In this document: piece by piece, positions 45,501 to 56,046 of the stretch
Layout of the letters: each line of letters begins with the position of its first letter
How positions within the stretch are numbered: position 1 is the stretch's first letter
Origin: a virus
Lineage: Duplodnaviria > Caudoviricetes
DNA: 64,000 bases
IMG/VR virus record: IMGVR_UViG_3300033066_000802
Coordinates: 90,612 to 154,611 of that record
Direction: 5' to 3' (one strand)
Program-made: the position numbers and the translations under genes
Notes under the pieces: generated by a model
What the model was told of the DNA's origin: nothing
Databases searched by the model: none
What the model saw: only the letters and a program-made list of their open reading frames with translations

Positions 45501-46155
45501 TGTTGTCTTCTCAACAAGATTGTTAGATGAGGAATACCTTACACATATTAGAGAAACATCTGGTATGGGTAATAAAATAGAAATATTACCATTTGTGAAT
45601 AATGGTGAGAAGTCTTTGACTGAAATATATAATGAGGGTTTAGCTTTAGCTAAAAATGATATTGTTGTGTTTTGTCATGATGATTTGATATTCAATATTC
45701 AAAATTGGGGTGTTGCTATAGGTGACCATTTCACCCGAAATTTAGGTTTCGGTATACTTGGTATAGCTGGTACTAATAAGCTTGTAGATGGTCGTTGGTG
45801 GACGTTAAAAGAACATATGCATGGTATTGTGAATCACACTGACGGTAAAAAGGTTTGGACGAGTAATTACTCACCATCACAAGGTATAGGTTTAAAACGT
45901 ATGGTTGTTTTAGATGGTTTACTTATTGCCGCACATAAAAAAAGAATTAAAGCTAATTTTGATGAGAGTGTTAAAGGGTTTCATTTTTATGATTTAAATT
46001 TTTGTATGGATAATTTCTTACAGGGTGTTAAAATTGGGGTTATGACTAACGTAAGAGTTACACATCTTTCAGTTGGTGAAACTAATGATCTCTGGGAAGA
46101 AAATAAACTACAATTTGAAGAGAAATATAAAGACAAGCTACCAATAGAAATATGA
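45463..46155 (+). CDS. glycosyltransferase family 2-like (GT-A)
   Basis: YNEGL...VVFCHDD...GIAG...LDGLL...FHFYDLNFC. Confidence 0.88.
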   Translation: MERKGNIQIKKISVVFSTRLLDEEYLTHIRETSGMGNKIEILPFVNNGEKSLTEIYNEGLALAKNDIVVFCHDDLIFNIQNWGVAIGDHFTRNLGFGILGIAGTNKLVDGRWWTLKEHMHGIVNHTDGKKVWTSNYSPSQGIGLKRMVVLDGLLIAAHKKRIKANFDESVKGFHFYDLNFCMDNFLQGVKIGVMTNVRVTHLSVGETNDLWEENKLQFEEKYKDKLPIEI

Positions 46156-46817
46156 TAAAGAGCATAAAAGAATTAAAAGGTATACACCAGGACGAAGACA
46201 TTTATATTGTCGGCGCTGGTGCCTCCGTTGATTATATAGATGAATCTTTTTTTGATGGTAAAATTGTTATCGGAATAAACCAAGTATATAAAAAAATTAA
46301 ATGTGATTATTTGGTTCGTAAAGAGGTTAAATTTCTTGAGCCAGCTCTTAAGACAGGTTCAAAAGTTATTGTGTCTGAGTATGATAGTGGTAATTTAAAC
46401 TCTGGTTCAGCAAAACTAAATACAAATAAAATTGAACACGATAATCTATATTATTTTGAACATTTGGATAACTTACATGATAAATTAGATTTATCCGTAA
46501 TTGGTACTGATAAGATTGTTGTAAGTTACTCAACAATAACATCAGCTTTACATATTGCCGCATACATGGGAGCATTCAATATTATTATTGTAGGACATGA
46601 TTGTGGTTCACTTAATGGTAAATTAACCTTTAAAAACTACTACGATTCAATAAATGATACACCCTGGAAGGATTGGAACCAATATAAAAATTGGTTAAAA
46701 ATAATTGAGAGTCAGACTATAGCTGTAAGAAATAAACTAAAGGATCATTATCAATGTAATATTGTATCCATCAACCCATTTGTTTCATTTAACTTGGAGA
46801 ATAATATATTTATGTAA
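46152..46817 (+). CDS. DUF115/Maf-like (MptE-like) putative nonulosonic acid transferase
   Basis: LKGIH..EDIYIVGAGAS...IGIN...STITSALHIAAYMGAFNIIIVGHD. Confidence 0.75.
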   Translation: MIKSIKELKGIHQDEDIYIVGAGASVDYIDESFFDGKIVIGINQVYKKIKCDYLVRKEVKFLEPALKTGSKVIVSEYDSGNLNSGSAKLNTNKIEHDNLYYFEHLDNLHDKLDLSVIGTDKIVVSYSTITSALHIAAYMGAFNIIIVGHDCGSLNGKLTFKNYYDSINDTPWKDWNQYKNWLKIIESQTIAVRNKLKDHYQCNIVSINPFVSFNLENNIFM

Positions 46818-46819
46818 TT

Positions 46820-47488
46820 ATGTTTGATGATGTAAAAATAATAATACCAGCAAGAAGAAATTCCAAAGGATTTCCTTTTAAAAATAGGGAATTATTTGAT
46901 ATAACAATCAATAAAATACCTGAAGAATTTTTGGGTTCCATAATTGTATCAACCGATGATGAATGGATTATTGAAAAATGTCAGGAATATGATTTAAAAT
47001 ACGATCACCGTAAACCAGAATTAGCTAATGATGGTACCTCAACAATGGAGGTAATGATGGATCTTTATGAACGTAAATTAATATTAGATGATGATACCGT
47101 TGTTATGTTATATTTAACATATCCCGAAAGAACTTGGTTAGAGGTATTAGATTGTTTAATAACCTTCAAATTTAATAATTTAAGCTCACTATTATGTAAA
47201 AAAGAAATAAAAGGTACACACCCTTATTTATATATGTTAGATATTGGGAATAATCGAGGCGCTCAATTGATTGCCCATGATTTGTATCGCAGACAACACT
47301 ACCCAAAAGTATTTGAACTATCACATTTTATTTGTATTTTTAAAGGTTATGAGGTGTGTAATACGAACCCACTATTAAATAATAATTTATATGGTAAACA
47401 TACGTTTTTTTATGATATTGGGGATGTTATTGATGTTGATACTAAAGAGGATTTAGAATTAGTTAAATATGGAAATAGTACAAATTAA
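46820..47488 (+). CDS. neuA: acylneuraminate cytidylyltransferase (CMP-nonulosonate synthetase)
   Basis: IIPARRNSKGFPFKN, VSTDD, RKPELAND, LTYPER, IDVDTKED. Confidence 0.9.
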   Translation: MFDDVKIIIPARRNSKGFPFKNRELFDITINKIPEEFLGSIIVSTDDEWIIEKCQEYDLKYDHRKPELANDGTSTMEVMMDLYERKLILDDDTVVMLYLTYPERTWLEVLDCLITFKFNNLSSLLCKKEIKGTHPYLYMLDIGNNRGAQLIAHDLYRRQHYPKVFELSHFICIFKGYEVCNTNPLLNNNLYGKHTFFYDIGDVIDVDTKEDLELVKYGNSTN

Positions 47489-48314
47489 AAGAACAAAGTT
47501 ATCTGAGGCTCCAGACTTATTATCTGAAGCCATAAACAAATATACTAAACACAACTCAGTCGTTCAACGTAAAATTGATACAGGTGAGAGTAAATATGAT
47601 GCTGTGATATTTCACAATAAATATATCCCCACGAGTATCAAAAATCAATCTATTATTTACCATAGTGAACCGTACATGGTTGACTTAAAAATTCCAAATT
47701 CAGTTAAAAAACACGTAATAGCCCAATATCAATCTACTTTACCACAATTTAGTAACTGCGATATCGTTAGAAATATCGTGGATTTCAATAATCCTATTTA
47801 CAATCCTCAATATTTTAGTAAAATTAAAATAGGTTACTCACCATCATTTAAAAATGTTTTCGGTGAGTGGCATAATAAAGGTTTTAAAGAAACTAAAGAA
47901 GCTTTAGAAAGAATAAAGAAAATATATGATTATAGAGTCGATTATGACATCATCACAGATGTACCATTAGAAGAATGTTTAATACGTAAATCGAAATGTA
48001 ATATCATTATTGATGAAGTTGTTACGGGTTCCTACCATAGATCAGGATTAGAAGGTCTGGCTATGGGTAAGTTAACAATATGTAATCTATCACATAAAGT
48101 AAAAGATGTTTTAGCTAATGTATCGGGTACTAATGAAATACCATTTAAATTATCAAACGCACATGGGTTAACACAGACTTTAATAGACATTATTGAAAAT
48201 GGTATTGATTACATTAATGATGTTGGTAAAAATAATAGAGTGTGGATGGAAAATCATTGGAATCCTGAAACTATAGTAAACGAATTTATTAAAAAAATCG
48301 AAAAAAATGGATAA
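47469..48314 (+). CDS. glycosyltransferase, GT-B-like
   Basis: IGYSPS...KG...IIIDE...SGLEGLAMGK...R.WMENHW. Confidence 0.7.
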   Translation: MEIVQIKRTKLSEAPDLLSEAINKYTKHNSVVQRKIDTGESKYDAVIFHNKYIPTSIKNQSIIYHSEPYMVDLKIPNSVKKHVIAQYQSTLPQFSNCDIVRNIVDFNNPIYNPQYFSKIKIGYSPSFKNVFGEWHNKGFKETKEALERIKKIYDYRVDYDIITDVPLEECLIRKSKCNIIIDEVVTGSYHRSGLEGLAMGKLTICNLSHKVKDVLANVSGTNEIPFKLSNAHGLTQTLIDIIENGIDYINDVGKNNRVWMENHWNPETIVNEFIKKIEKNG

Positions 48315-49155
48315 GGTTAAAATTATAGCCGAAATAGGTATCAACCATAATGGTGATTTAGATATAGCCAAAAAATTAATAATGGTAGCTAAGGCTGCTG
48401 GTTGTGATTACGTTAAGTTTCAAAAAAGAAATCCAGATATTTGTGTTCCAGAGGATCAGAAAACACAGATAAGACAAACACCTTGGGGTGAAATGACATA
48501 TCTCGAATATAAATGGAGAATTGAATTTAATATTGTACAGTACCAGGAAATTCATGATTTTTGTAAAAGTATCGGTATTAAATGGTTTGCCTCGGTTTGG
48601 GATAAAGATTCGGTAGATTTCATTAAATATTTGAATGATCTTAATAACTATGAAAGCATCATGAAGATACCATCAGCGCTTATTACAGATCATGAATTAT
48701 GTACATATGCTGGCTCAAGGTGTGATACATTGATTATATCAACAGGTATGAGTGATGAGTCCGAGATTTTGTCGTGTATCAATGTTTGTGATCCAGATGT
48801 TATAATGCATACTAATTCAACATACCCATCTCCAGTTAGTGAGCTAAACCTTAATTACATAACACACTTAAAAGAAAGCCACCCTGGTAGGGATATCGGC
48901 TACAGCGGTCATGAATATGGGTTGGTTACGACATTTGCAACAATACCAATGGGTTGCACCTGGATTGAAAGACACATTACACTTGATCGCACTATGTGGG
49001 GTTCTGACCACTCAGCTTCAATTGAACCATCTGGTTTATTTAAATTGGTTAAAGGTATTCGTGATGTGGAATCAGCGATGTCGATACCATGTGCCCCAAG
49101 GAAAGTGTTTGGTGGTGAATTAATAAAACAAAAAACACTACGGAAAAAAAATTAA
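48307..49155 (+). CDS. neuB: N-acetylneuraminate/nonulosonate synthase (NeuB family, no C-terminal SAF domain)
   Basis: IAEIGINHNGD, VKFQKR, KIPSA, ISTGMS, HTNSTYP, GYSGHE, ERHITLDR..GSDH..S.EP. Confidence 0.95.
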   Translation: MDKVKIIAEIGINHNGDLDIAKKLIMVAKAAGCDYVKFQKRNPDICVPEDQKTQIRQTPWGEMTYLEYKWRIEFNIVQYQEIHDFCKSIGIKWFASVWDKDSVDFIKYLNDLNNYESIMKIPSALITDHELCTYAGSRCDTLIISTGMSDESEILSCINVCDPDVIMHTNSTYPSPVSELNLNYITHLKESHPGRDIGYSGHEYGLVTTFATIPMGCTWIERHITLDRTMWGSDHSASIEPSGLFKLVKGIRDVESAMSIPCAPRKVFGGELIKQKTLRKKN

Positions 49156-49156
49156 T

Positions 49157-49471
49157 ATGATAATTTTTGTTGATATTGATAATACTATTTGTGAAACCAT
49201 CGGCACCAATTACGCTGATGCTAAACCGTTTTATGATAAAATAAATAAAATTAATAACCTATATGATGCTGGTCACACGATTATCTACTGGACAGCCAGG
49301 GGTACTGGTTCTGGGATCGACCATAGTTTTTTAACGATTAGCCAATTTAAGGCGTGGGGTGTAAAATATCATGAATTAATGTTTCGTAAACCAATTTACG
49401 ATATATTTATATGTGATAAAACAGTTAATGATATAGATAATTTAGTGTTAAATAGTAACGATATTGCATAA
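49157..49471 (+). CDS. small HAD phosphatase (capsule-biosynthesis phosphatase type)
   Basis: VDIDNTIC, WTARG, KP..D.FICDK. Confidence 0.85.
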   Translation: MIIFVDIDNTICETIGTNYADAKPFYDKINKINNLYDAGHTIIYWTARGTGSGIDHSFLTISQFKAWGVKYHELMFRKPIYDIFICDKTVNDIDNLVLNSNDIA

Positions 49472-50276
49472 TAAAGAGTTAAGAAGAGCTGCAAAACTTA
49501 AAAAGCCAGCCTATGTTGATCCACTCACGATATCCAAACCTGATATTAAACTCAGAAATGGTGATACGGACATTAGAATACACAACATAAAAAATATTGC
49601 TGTAAAACCATCCGAAAACATGGAATATTCGGTAATCATACCTACCATGTGGGTACCTGAGAAATTATTGGATATATTAGAAATTTATGATAATTGTAAG
49701 TATATAACTGAGATTATATTAATCGATAATAACCCAACTAAAAATAAATTGGGTGACTTTAAATCCGATAAATTAAAAGTTTACACAAAAAATTGTAATA
49801 TCTATGTGAATCCCGCTTGGAATTGGGGTGTTGAATTGGCAACTAATGAAAACATTATCATAGCCAATGATGATGTTTTTATAACATTAAATAACCTAAA
49901 TGGTTTAATAGAGAAGGTAATAAATAAATTAAGACCCGATACGATTTTTGCCCCATCTGAGAAATGTTTTAACAAAAGTATTAATTCGGATATTCAAATA
50001 ACTGAGGTAAAGGGGTCTTCCATAAATTATGGGTTTGGTACATTTATGATTATGAAGAAAAAATCATACACTATTATACCCGATGATATATTAATATTTT
50101 ATGGTGACAATATTCAAGCGGAAACAAATAAAATTTATAATTTTCATGTTAACATAGACACCAAGATGAGTGTTACTATACATAGTAGTAACGAATTAAG
50201 GTTTTTATGTGAGAAAGATCATGAAAAAATAATTAAATATAAAAAAAACTATAAGTTGCTACCTAAATTTAAGTAA
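49464..50276 (+). CDS. glycosyltransferase family 2 (start may be ATG 49620)
   Basis: SVIIPTMW, ILIDN, NPAWNWG, IANDD. Confidence 0.85.
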   Translation: MHNKELRRAAKLKKPAYVDPLTISKPDIKLRNGDTDIRIHNIKNIAVKPSENMEYSVIIPTMWVPEKLLDILEIYDNCKYITEIILIDNNPTKNKLGDFKSDKLKVYTKNCNIYVNPAWNWGVELATNENIIIANDDVFITLNNLNGLIEKVINKLRPDTIFAPSEKCFNKSINSDIQITEVKGSSINYGFGTFMIMKKKSYTIIPDDILIFYGDNIQAETNKIYNFHVNIDTKMSVTIHSSNELRFLCEKDHEKIIKYKKNYKLLPKFK

Positions 50277-51643
50277 TGAATATTGAAGTATATACAATAT
50301 GCTATAACGAAGAATTCTTGTTACCATTTTTTTTGAATCACTATACGAGTCATATAAAAGCTAATAAGATAGTGATATACGATAATCATTCAACGGATAA
50401 AAGTGTTGAAATTGCCAAGTCATTTAATAAATGTGAGGTTGAAGTAATACCATACGATACCAATAACACATTGGATGATAACAGATACCTGGAAATTAAA
50501 AATAACTGCTGGAAGAACTCAAAAGCTGACTGGGTTATAATATGTGATATTGACGAATTAATATATATTAAAGATTTTAATCTATTATATGATGAGAATG
50601 TTAATATATATAAGCCGAAGGGATTTCAAATGATCTCTGATACTTTACCAGATATTAATAAGGGGTTGTTAACGGATCAGATTACCTATGGCTCACCCGA
50701 CATCAAATACTCCAAATGTGCTATTTTTAGACCAAAGATAGCTAACATAAATTATGATCATGGGGCACATACGTGCAAACCATCACAACCCATCACACCA
50801 ACCGCTGATATATTATTATTACATTACAAATATATTAATTATGAGTATGTGGTGAATAATTTCAAAAATAGATTTGATAGATTATCACGAAATAATATTA
50901 GGCATGGTTATGGTGGTCACTACGGGTTCAGTGAAGAAAAAATTAAGGAAATTTTCAACGATTTAAATAAAAATAAATATAGTTTTTTAAAAACTGGTGT
51001 TTCATTTTCGATTACAAGTTGCTCAAGGTTGGATTTATTAGATACCACAATAAATAGCTTCTTAAAGTATAACACGTACCCAATAGATGAGTACATAATG
51101 ACAGATGATTCTGGTGATAAGAAAATTTATGATACGCTGGTTTCAAAATATGGTGACAAATTTAAAATAATTAGAAATAACCCTAAAGTCGGTTTAGCTA
51201 AATCGATTGATATCCTTTACAATAACTGCAACAATGAGTATATTTTTCATTGTGAAGATGATTGGTTATTTAACGATAATAACAGTACCTTTATCGAAGA
51301 ATCGTTATCGATATTAGAAAATAAAAATATACACCAAGTATGGTTAAGAGATATTGATGACTTACCAGAGATATATAGTGATCTGGGTAAGTCGAACCTT
51401 TATAAAGGTATTGAATATTACGATATACCAACCATAGGTAATTGGTGTGGGTATTCATATAATCCTGGACTAAGGAGGAAATCAGATTACCATAGATTCT
51501 TCCATAAAGGTGTTTCAAGTATAGGGGATGAACAAACATGTTCAGTTCACCTAAAACAATTTAACTACAAAAGTGTGTTACTAAAAAACACATGTTGTAA
51601 ACATATAGGTTATGAAAATAAAACAAAAAATTTTAAACATTAA
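50276..51643 (+). CDS. two-domain glycosyltransferase (tandem GT2-like domains)
   Basis: N: CYNEE...YDNHSTD...ICDIDE; C: ITSCSRLDLL...TDDSG...FHCEDDW...NPGLRR. Confidence 0.85.
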   Translation: MNIEVYTICYNEEFLLPFFLNHYTSHIKANKIVIYDNHSTDKSVEIAKSFNKCEVEVIPYDTNNTLDDNRYLEIKNNCWKNSKADWVIICDIDELIYIKDFNLLYDENVNIYKPKGFQMISDTLPDINKGLLTDQITYGSPDIKYSKCAIFRPKIANINYDHGAHTCKPSQPITPTADILLLHYKYINYEYVVNNFKNRFDRLSRNNIRHGYGGHYGFSEEKIKEIFNDLNKNKYSFLKTGVSFSITSCSRLDLLDTTINSFLKYNTYPIDEYIMTDDSGDKKIYDTLVSKYGDKFKIIRNNPKVGLAKSIDILYNNCNNEYIFHCEDDWLFNDNNSTFIEESLSILENKNIHQVWLRDIDDLPEIYSDLGKSNLYKGIEYYDIPTIGNWCGYSYNPGLRRKSDYHRFFHKGVSSIGDEQTCSVHLKQFNYKSVLLKNTCCKHIGYENKTKNFKH

Positions 51644-51646
51644 CAC

Positions 51647-52201
51647 ATGATATCAAAAACAGGTATTTGGTCAGAGGAAGAAAAAATATTTCACGCTGAC
51701 TCAAAAGATTTATTAGATAGTCTAATTGAACACTTTGACCCACAAAAACCAGTATATGATTTTGGTTGCGGTACAGGTTATTACCTAAAAAACTTAAAGA
51801 AAAATGGATTCACAGATTTGATAGGATTTGAGGGTACAGATGTAAACCCTAAAGATGGAGTTACCTTTCACGTTCTTGACCTAAGTAAACCAATAACCAT
51901 TGATCTACCAAAGGGTCAGGTTATCTCATTTGAGGTCGGTGAACACATTCCAGAAGAATATGAATCAACATTTATCGAGAACATAACCAAATATTGTGAT
52001 AGTAAGTTATTTATTTCCTGGGCATTAGTAGGTCAAGCTGGTGTTGGGCATGTTAATTGCAAACCGCAAGAATACATTATAAAAAAGATCTGCGAAAAGG
52101 GGTTTGTTTATGATGAAACCCTATCGGAGCATCTTAGAAATTTGGGTCATAAAAACACACCCTGGTTTAATAACACATTATTAGTCTTCAATAAGGTATG
52201 A
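51647..52201 (+). CDS. class I SAM-dependent methyltransferase
   Basis: YDFGCGTG, SFEVGEHI, GQAGVGHVNC. Confidence 0.9.
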   Translation: MISKTGIWSEEEKIFHADSKDLLDSLIEHFDPQKPVYDFGCGTGYYLKNLKKNGFTDLIGFEGTDVNPKDGVTFHVLDLSKPITIDLPKGQVISFEVGEHIPEEYESTFIENITKYCDSKLFISWALVGQAGVGHVNCKPQEYIIKKICEKGFVYDETLSEHLRNLGHKNTPWFNNTLLVFNKV

Positions 52202-52761
52202 TAACATTTATAGCACCAACGTTTAACGAAAAATTAGATCCATACCTCTTCATAACATCACTTTTGTTACAAAAAGATGTTAGGTGGAAAGCTATCATTT
52301 ACTCCAACGGTATAAACACGGATTGCAAAAAAATAGTTCAACATTTTAATGACGATAGGATAACCTATTTAGAATCTGAAACAAATAATGGTTATTGGGG
52401 TTGTTATAATCGAATTGACGCATTAATGAACTATGTCGACACTAAGTATGTTTGCCAAACATCAATACAGGATTATTTCACACCCAACGCTGTTAGGCAA
52501 ATATTAGAAAACCTGGGTAACGATTTTATATATTGGGACTCACTACACAATCATTATGATTGGGAAATCCTTAAATCCGAAATAAAAATATCAAAGATGG
52601 ATTGGGGTAATTTCGCAATAAAAACTGAAATAGCCAAACAGGTTGGGATTAATCATCCAAAAGAATTTGCCAGCGATGGTTTATTCATTGAAGATTGTGT
52701 TAAAAGTGGATTATTAAAAAACATAATAAAAATAAATAAAATATTAACAATACATAACTAA
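52198..52761 (+). CDS. glycosyltransferase family 2-like
   Basis: FIAPTFN...WKAIIYSNG...DDRI.Y...GYWG...R...QDYF. Confidence 0.7.
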   Translation: MITFIAPTFNEKLDPYLFITSLLLQKDVRWKAIIYSNGINTDCKKIVQHFNDDRITYLESETNNGYWGCYNRIDALMNYVDTKYVCQTSIQDYFTPNAVRQILENLGNDFIYWDSLHNHYDWEILKSEIKISKMDWGNFAIKTEIAKQVGINHPKEFASDGLFIEDCVKSGLLKNIIKINKILTIHN

Positions 52762-52765
52762 ATCT

Positions 52766-53542
52766 ATGAGCAGAGGTACACAAAGAAAAGCATCAACAAG
52801 ATCTTCAAGAAAGAGATTAAGTTTAGACGAACAAGATGAGGTTTATGACGCATTAATGAATGATAAATCTGACAAAACGGGTGAAAACATAATCAAGTCT
52901 ATTCAGGTAAGAGTCAAAGCCAAAACACCTAACCAAAAAAGGCTAATCAATTCAATAAAAGATCATGACATCACAATATGTGCTGGTTCACCAGGAACTG
53001 GTAAAACATTTGTAACATGTGCCACAGCTCTCGATGTATTAAAGAATAACCCAAATATTAAAAAAATTGTAATAACTAAATCTGTTACAACAATTCCAGA
53101 AGAAGAAATGGGTTATCTTAAAGGTACCGTTAAAGAGAAGTTAGAACCAGTCATGTATTCATTTACTGGTAACTTTGAGAAAATAATAGGTGCATCATTA
53201 TTAGAAAACTTAAAAACCGCAAATCTTTTAATAGAATTACCTTTAGCCTATATTAGAGGTACAACAATCGATAATGCCATTATTATTGTTGATGAAACAC
53301 AAAATATAACTAAAAGAAATATGAAAACACTTATGACCAGATTAGGTGAGAATTCTAAATTCGTATTTCTTGGTGATCTTGAACAGGTTGACATTAAAAA
53401 ACCAGAAAATAGTTCACTTAGTTATTTATTAAAGAATTTTTCGAGTATTGAAAACGTTGGTACTATCGAATTAACGGATGAGGATATTGTGAGAAATGAA
53501 TTAATTAAAACTATTTTAAAAATTTTCAGAGAAAATCCATAA
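52766..53542 (+). CDS. phoH: PhoH family ATPase
   Basis: KTPNQ, GSPGTGKT, GYLKG, YIRGTT, VDETQN, TRLGE, GDLEQVD, DIVRN. Confidence 0.96.
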   Translation: MSRGTQRKASTRSSRKRLSLDEQDEVYDALMNDKSDKTGENIIKSIQVRVKAKTPNQKRLINSIKDHDITICAGSPGTGKTFVTCATALDVLKNNPNIKKIVITKSVTTIPEEEMGYLKGTVKEKLEPVMYSFTGNFEKIIGASLLENLKTANLLIELPLAYIRGTTIDNAIIIVDETQNITKRNMKTLMTRLGENSKFVFLGDLEQVDIKKPENSSLSYLLKNFSSIENVGTIELTDEDIVRNELIKTILKIFRENP

Positions 53543-53595
53543 ATAGTTTACTTTTGCACCTATTATCATATTTTTATGTAAATTAATATAAAAAT

Positions 53596-54282
53596 ATGGT
53601 AATAGGATTTACAATTAACAACATTCTTCGCAATCACATTGAAAAATTAAGCGAAGCTTACGAAGCAATAACGTACAAAAAACCAATCGAACCGATTAAC
53701 CCATTCGAATTGTACGATTCATTCCCTAAAGAAGAAGATGATGAATTAGTCTTTAGCGAATTTGATGTGAATAATACTTCAGACGGGGAAAAAATAGATA
53801 ACGACCTAAATATGGCTGGCAATGATATATCATTCGATGTGTATGAATATTTGTACATGGATGCCGCCTTTGAAATATTTGGTCGTTGTGAACAAGCTGA
53901 AGAAAACTTAATGGTTAAATTAACAAACCTGAAGAGTCAGGATGTTGAAGTAATACTACTCAATAAGGAATCACCAAGATCTAAATGCGCCACTCTATTC
54001 TACCTATCAAAAATAAATTTTGATTTAAATAGAATAATATTCCCAGACCAATTCAAAGAATTTGGTAATTACTGTGATGTCATCGTTACCGATAACCCAA
54101 GAATTATCGAATCAATGGATGAAAGGAAAATAATAGTAAAAGTTGAAAATCAATTTAATGTTGATTATAAATCAGATTTTACTATACTTAAAGTGTCCGA
54201 TATTTTTAACATTTTTGATGATATCAAAAAAGCTTATAATGATAGACAACCAAAAGAACCAAAAGAAGTAATAAATAATTAA
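53596..54282 (+). CDS. HAD-fold 5'(3')-nucleotidase-like protein, degenerate active site
   Basis: IGFTINNILR in place of motif I DxDxxL; IVTDNP; VKVENQFN. Confidence 0.5.
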   Translation: MVIGFTINNILRNHIEKLSEAYEAITYKKPIEPINPFELYDSFPKEEDDELVFSEFDVNNTSDGEKIDNDLNMAGNDISFDVYEYLYMDAAFEIFGRCEQAEENLMVKLTNLKSQDVEVILLNKESPRSKCATLFYLSKINFDLNRIIFPDQFKEFGNYCDVIVTDNPRIIESMDERKIIVKVENQFNVDYKSDFTILKVSDIFNIFDDIKKAYNDRQPKEPKEVINN

Positions 54283-54292
54283 AAATAATAAT

Positions 54293-55357
54293 ATGAGTAA
54301 GAAGGAAGAAATTTTACAGAATATCGAATCTTCGATAACAAAAATTAATAATAAGGAACAGAGAATTATATTTATGGTTCCAGATACTAAGGGTAACGCC
54401 AGAGCGAGTATTGCCGTCATTTATAGGCAAGCTATGACCCTTAAAAATCTTGGTTATGATACAGCTATTCTACTGGAGAAAAAGGACTCAATAAAACCAG
54501 GTGTATGGTTAGGTGATGAATACGATTCTTTAACACATTATTCGGTTGAGGAAAATAATATGTCAATTGGGGCACAAGATTTCATAGTTATACCAGAGGT
54601 ATTTGGTACGGTATTCGAACAAGTTGAAAAACTCCCAATGGAAAAGGTGTTATTCGTTCAATCATTTGAATATCTCTTGGATTCTTACGCACCTGGTTCA
54701 ACCTTTCTTGATCGTGGTGTTACTGAGGTTTTAACCACAAGTGAGCATGTTGCAAATCTAATAAAAGAAATTGTTCCATTACCACATATAGGTGTAGTAC
54801 CCGTTGGTATATCCGATCATTTCAAACCAAGCGAAAATTTACCAAAACCAATTGTAGCAATACATTGTAGGGAGGCGAGAAAAGCTGCGAAAATAATTAA
54901 AACATTTTACTTGAAATACCCAATCTATCGTTTTGTGTCATTTAAAGATATGCACACAATGAGTGAGAAAGATTTTGCTAATAATCTTAAAGATTGTTGT
55001 TTGTCTATATGGGTTGATGATGAGTCATCATTCGGCACATTCCCAGTGGAATCCATTAAATGTAATGTACCTGTAATTGGTAAAGTACCAACAATAATAC
55101 CAGAATGGATGGAGGATAATAACGGTATGTGGGTTTACGATGATAATCAAATACCTGACCTCGTATCAACGTACATGAAAAATTGGTTGGAAGATAATAT
55201 CCAGGACTCATTGAAAACCGTATCAACTTCTTTAGATGGTAAGTATACAATGGCTGAATTTGAAAGTAAGACCAAAGAAGTTTGGGAAACATTCTTCACA
55301 AGAAGAGTTGAAAAACTTAAAACAATAAAAGATAATTATTTAAAGAATAACTCATAA
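54293..55357 (+). CDS. glycosyltransferase, GT-B (GT4-like)
   Basis: DFIVIPE...SSFGTFPVESIKCNVPVIG. Confidence 0.8.
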   Translation: MSKKEEILQNIESSITKINNKEQRIIFMVPDTKGNARASIAVIYRQAMTLKNLGYDTAILLEKKDSIKPGVWLGDEYDSLTHYSVEENNMSIGAQDFIVIPEVFGTVFEQVEKLPMEKVLFVQSFEYLLDSYAPGSTFLDRGVTEVLTTSEHVANLIKEIVPLPHIGVVPVGISDHFKPSENLPKPIVAIHCREARKAAKIIKTFYLKYPIYRFVSFKDMHTMSEKDFANNLKDCCLSIWVDDESSFGTFPVESIKCNVPVIGKVPTIIPEWMEDNNGMWVYDDNQIPDLVSTYMKNWLEDNIQDSLKTVSTSLDGKYTMAEFESKTKEVWETFFTRRVEKLKTIKDNYLKNNS

Positions 55358-56031
55358 TGGATACACTTATCAGTTTAATAGAGAAATTGTGTGAGGATAG
55401 TGAAGGTGCTGTCTTAGGTGATATAAACACCACACTACCATTAGAGGCTAAAGAGCTTTTAATAGCTGAGTTGTTAAAACACCCGCAATTCAAAAATACT
55501 AAAAGTTTTGAATTTCTTGAATACCCAACATTTATTGAAAATGATGGTATAACAGTAACTGAGTGCCGTACCATGAAGTTAATGAGTGATGAGGAAATTG
55601 ATAAGCTTCATGAACACACACTTGAAATGGTTAGTAAGCATACTATTGTTGATGGTAAAATTAAAATGGAACTTGTACCAAAAGAGGTAAAACCTAACTA
55701 TACATTATTAAACGAACACGTTAAACTGTATTCAGTTATGATATCGCCAACACTATACAGTGAACCAGATGGTTATAACGAATTATTGGTTAGCCCATTA
55801 ACTTACAACCCAAAAAATTTCATACCATGTCAACGAATCATACTCTCAATGTCAAGAGAAAAAATGCAAGACGATGTTGCTATGGGTGAAGCTGAAACTG
55901 ATTACAAAAAACACCTACATGATTTACTTGATAAGGGTATTGAAATGTTGGAGAATAGGCAAACAAACTATAAAATAACAAAGTGTATTATGATCAGGGT
56001 AACGCCAGACTCATACACTGAGCAAAAATAA
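55357..56031 (+). CDS. hypothetical protein
   Basis: 224 aa, TAATG-coupled, located between two glycosyltransferases. Confidence 0.7.
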   Translation: MDTLISLIEKLCEDSEGAVLGDINTTLPLEAKELLIAELLKHPQFKNTKSFEFLEYPTFIENDGITVTECRTMKLMSDEEIDKLHEHTLEMVSKHTIVDGKIKMELVPKEVKPNYTLLNEHVKLYSVMISPTLYSEPDGYNELLVSPLTYNPKNFIPCQRIILSMSREKMQDDVAMGEAETDYKKHLHDLLDKGIEMLENRQTNYKITKCIMIRVTPDSYTEQK

Positions 56032-56046
56032 AAAAAAACTAATATA

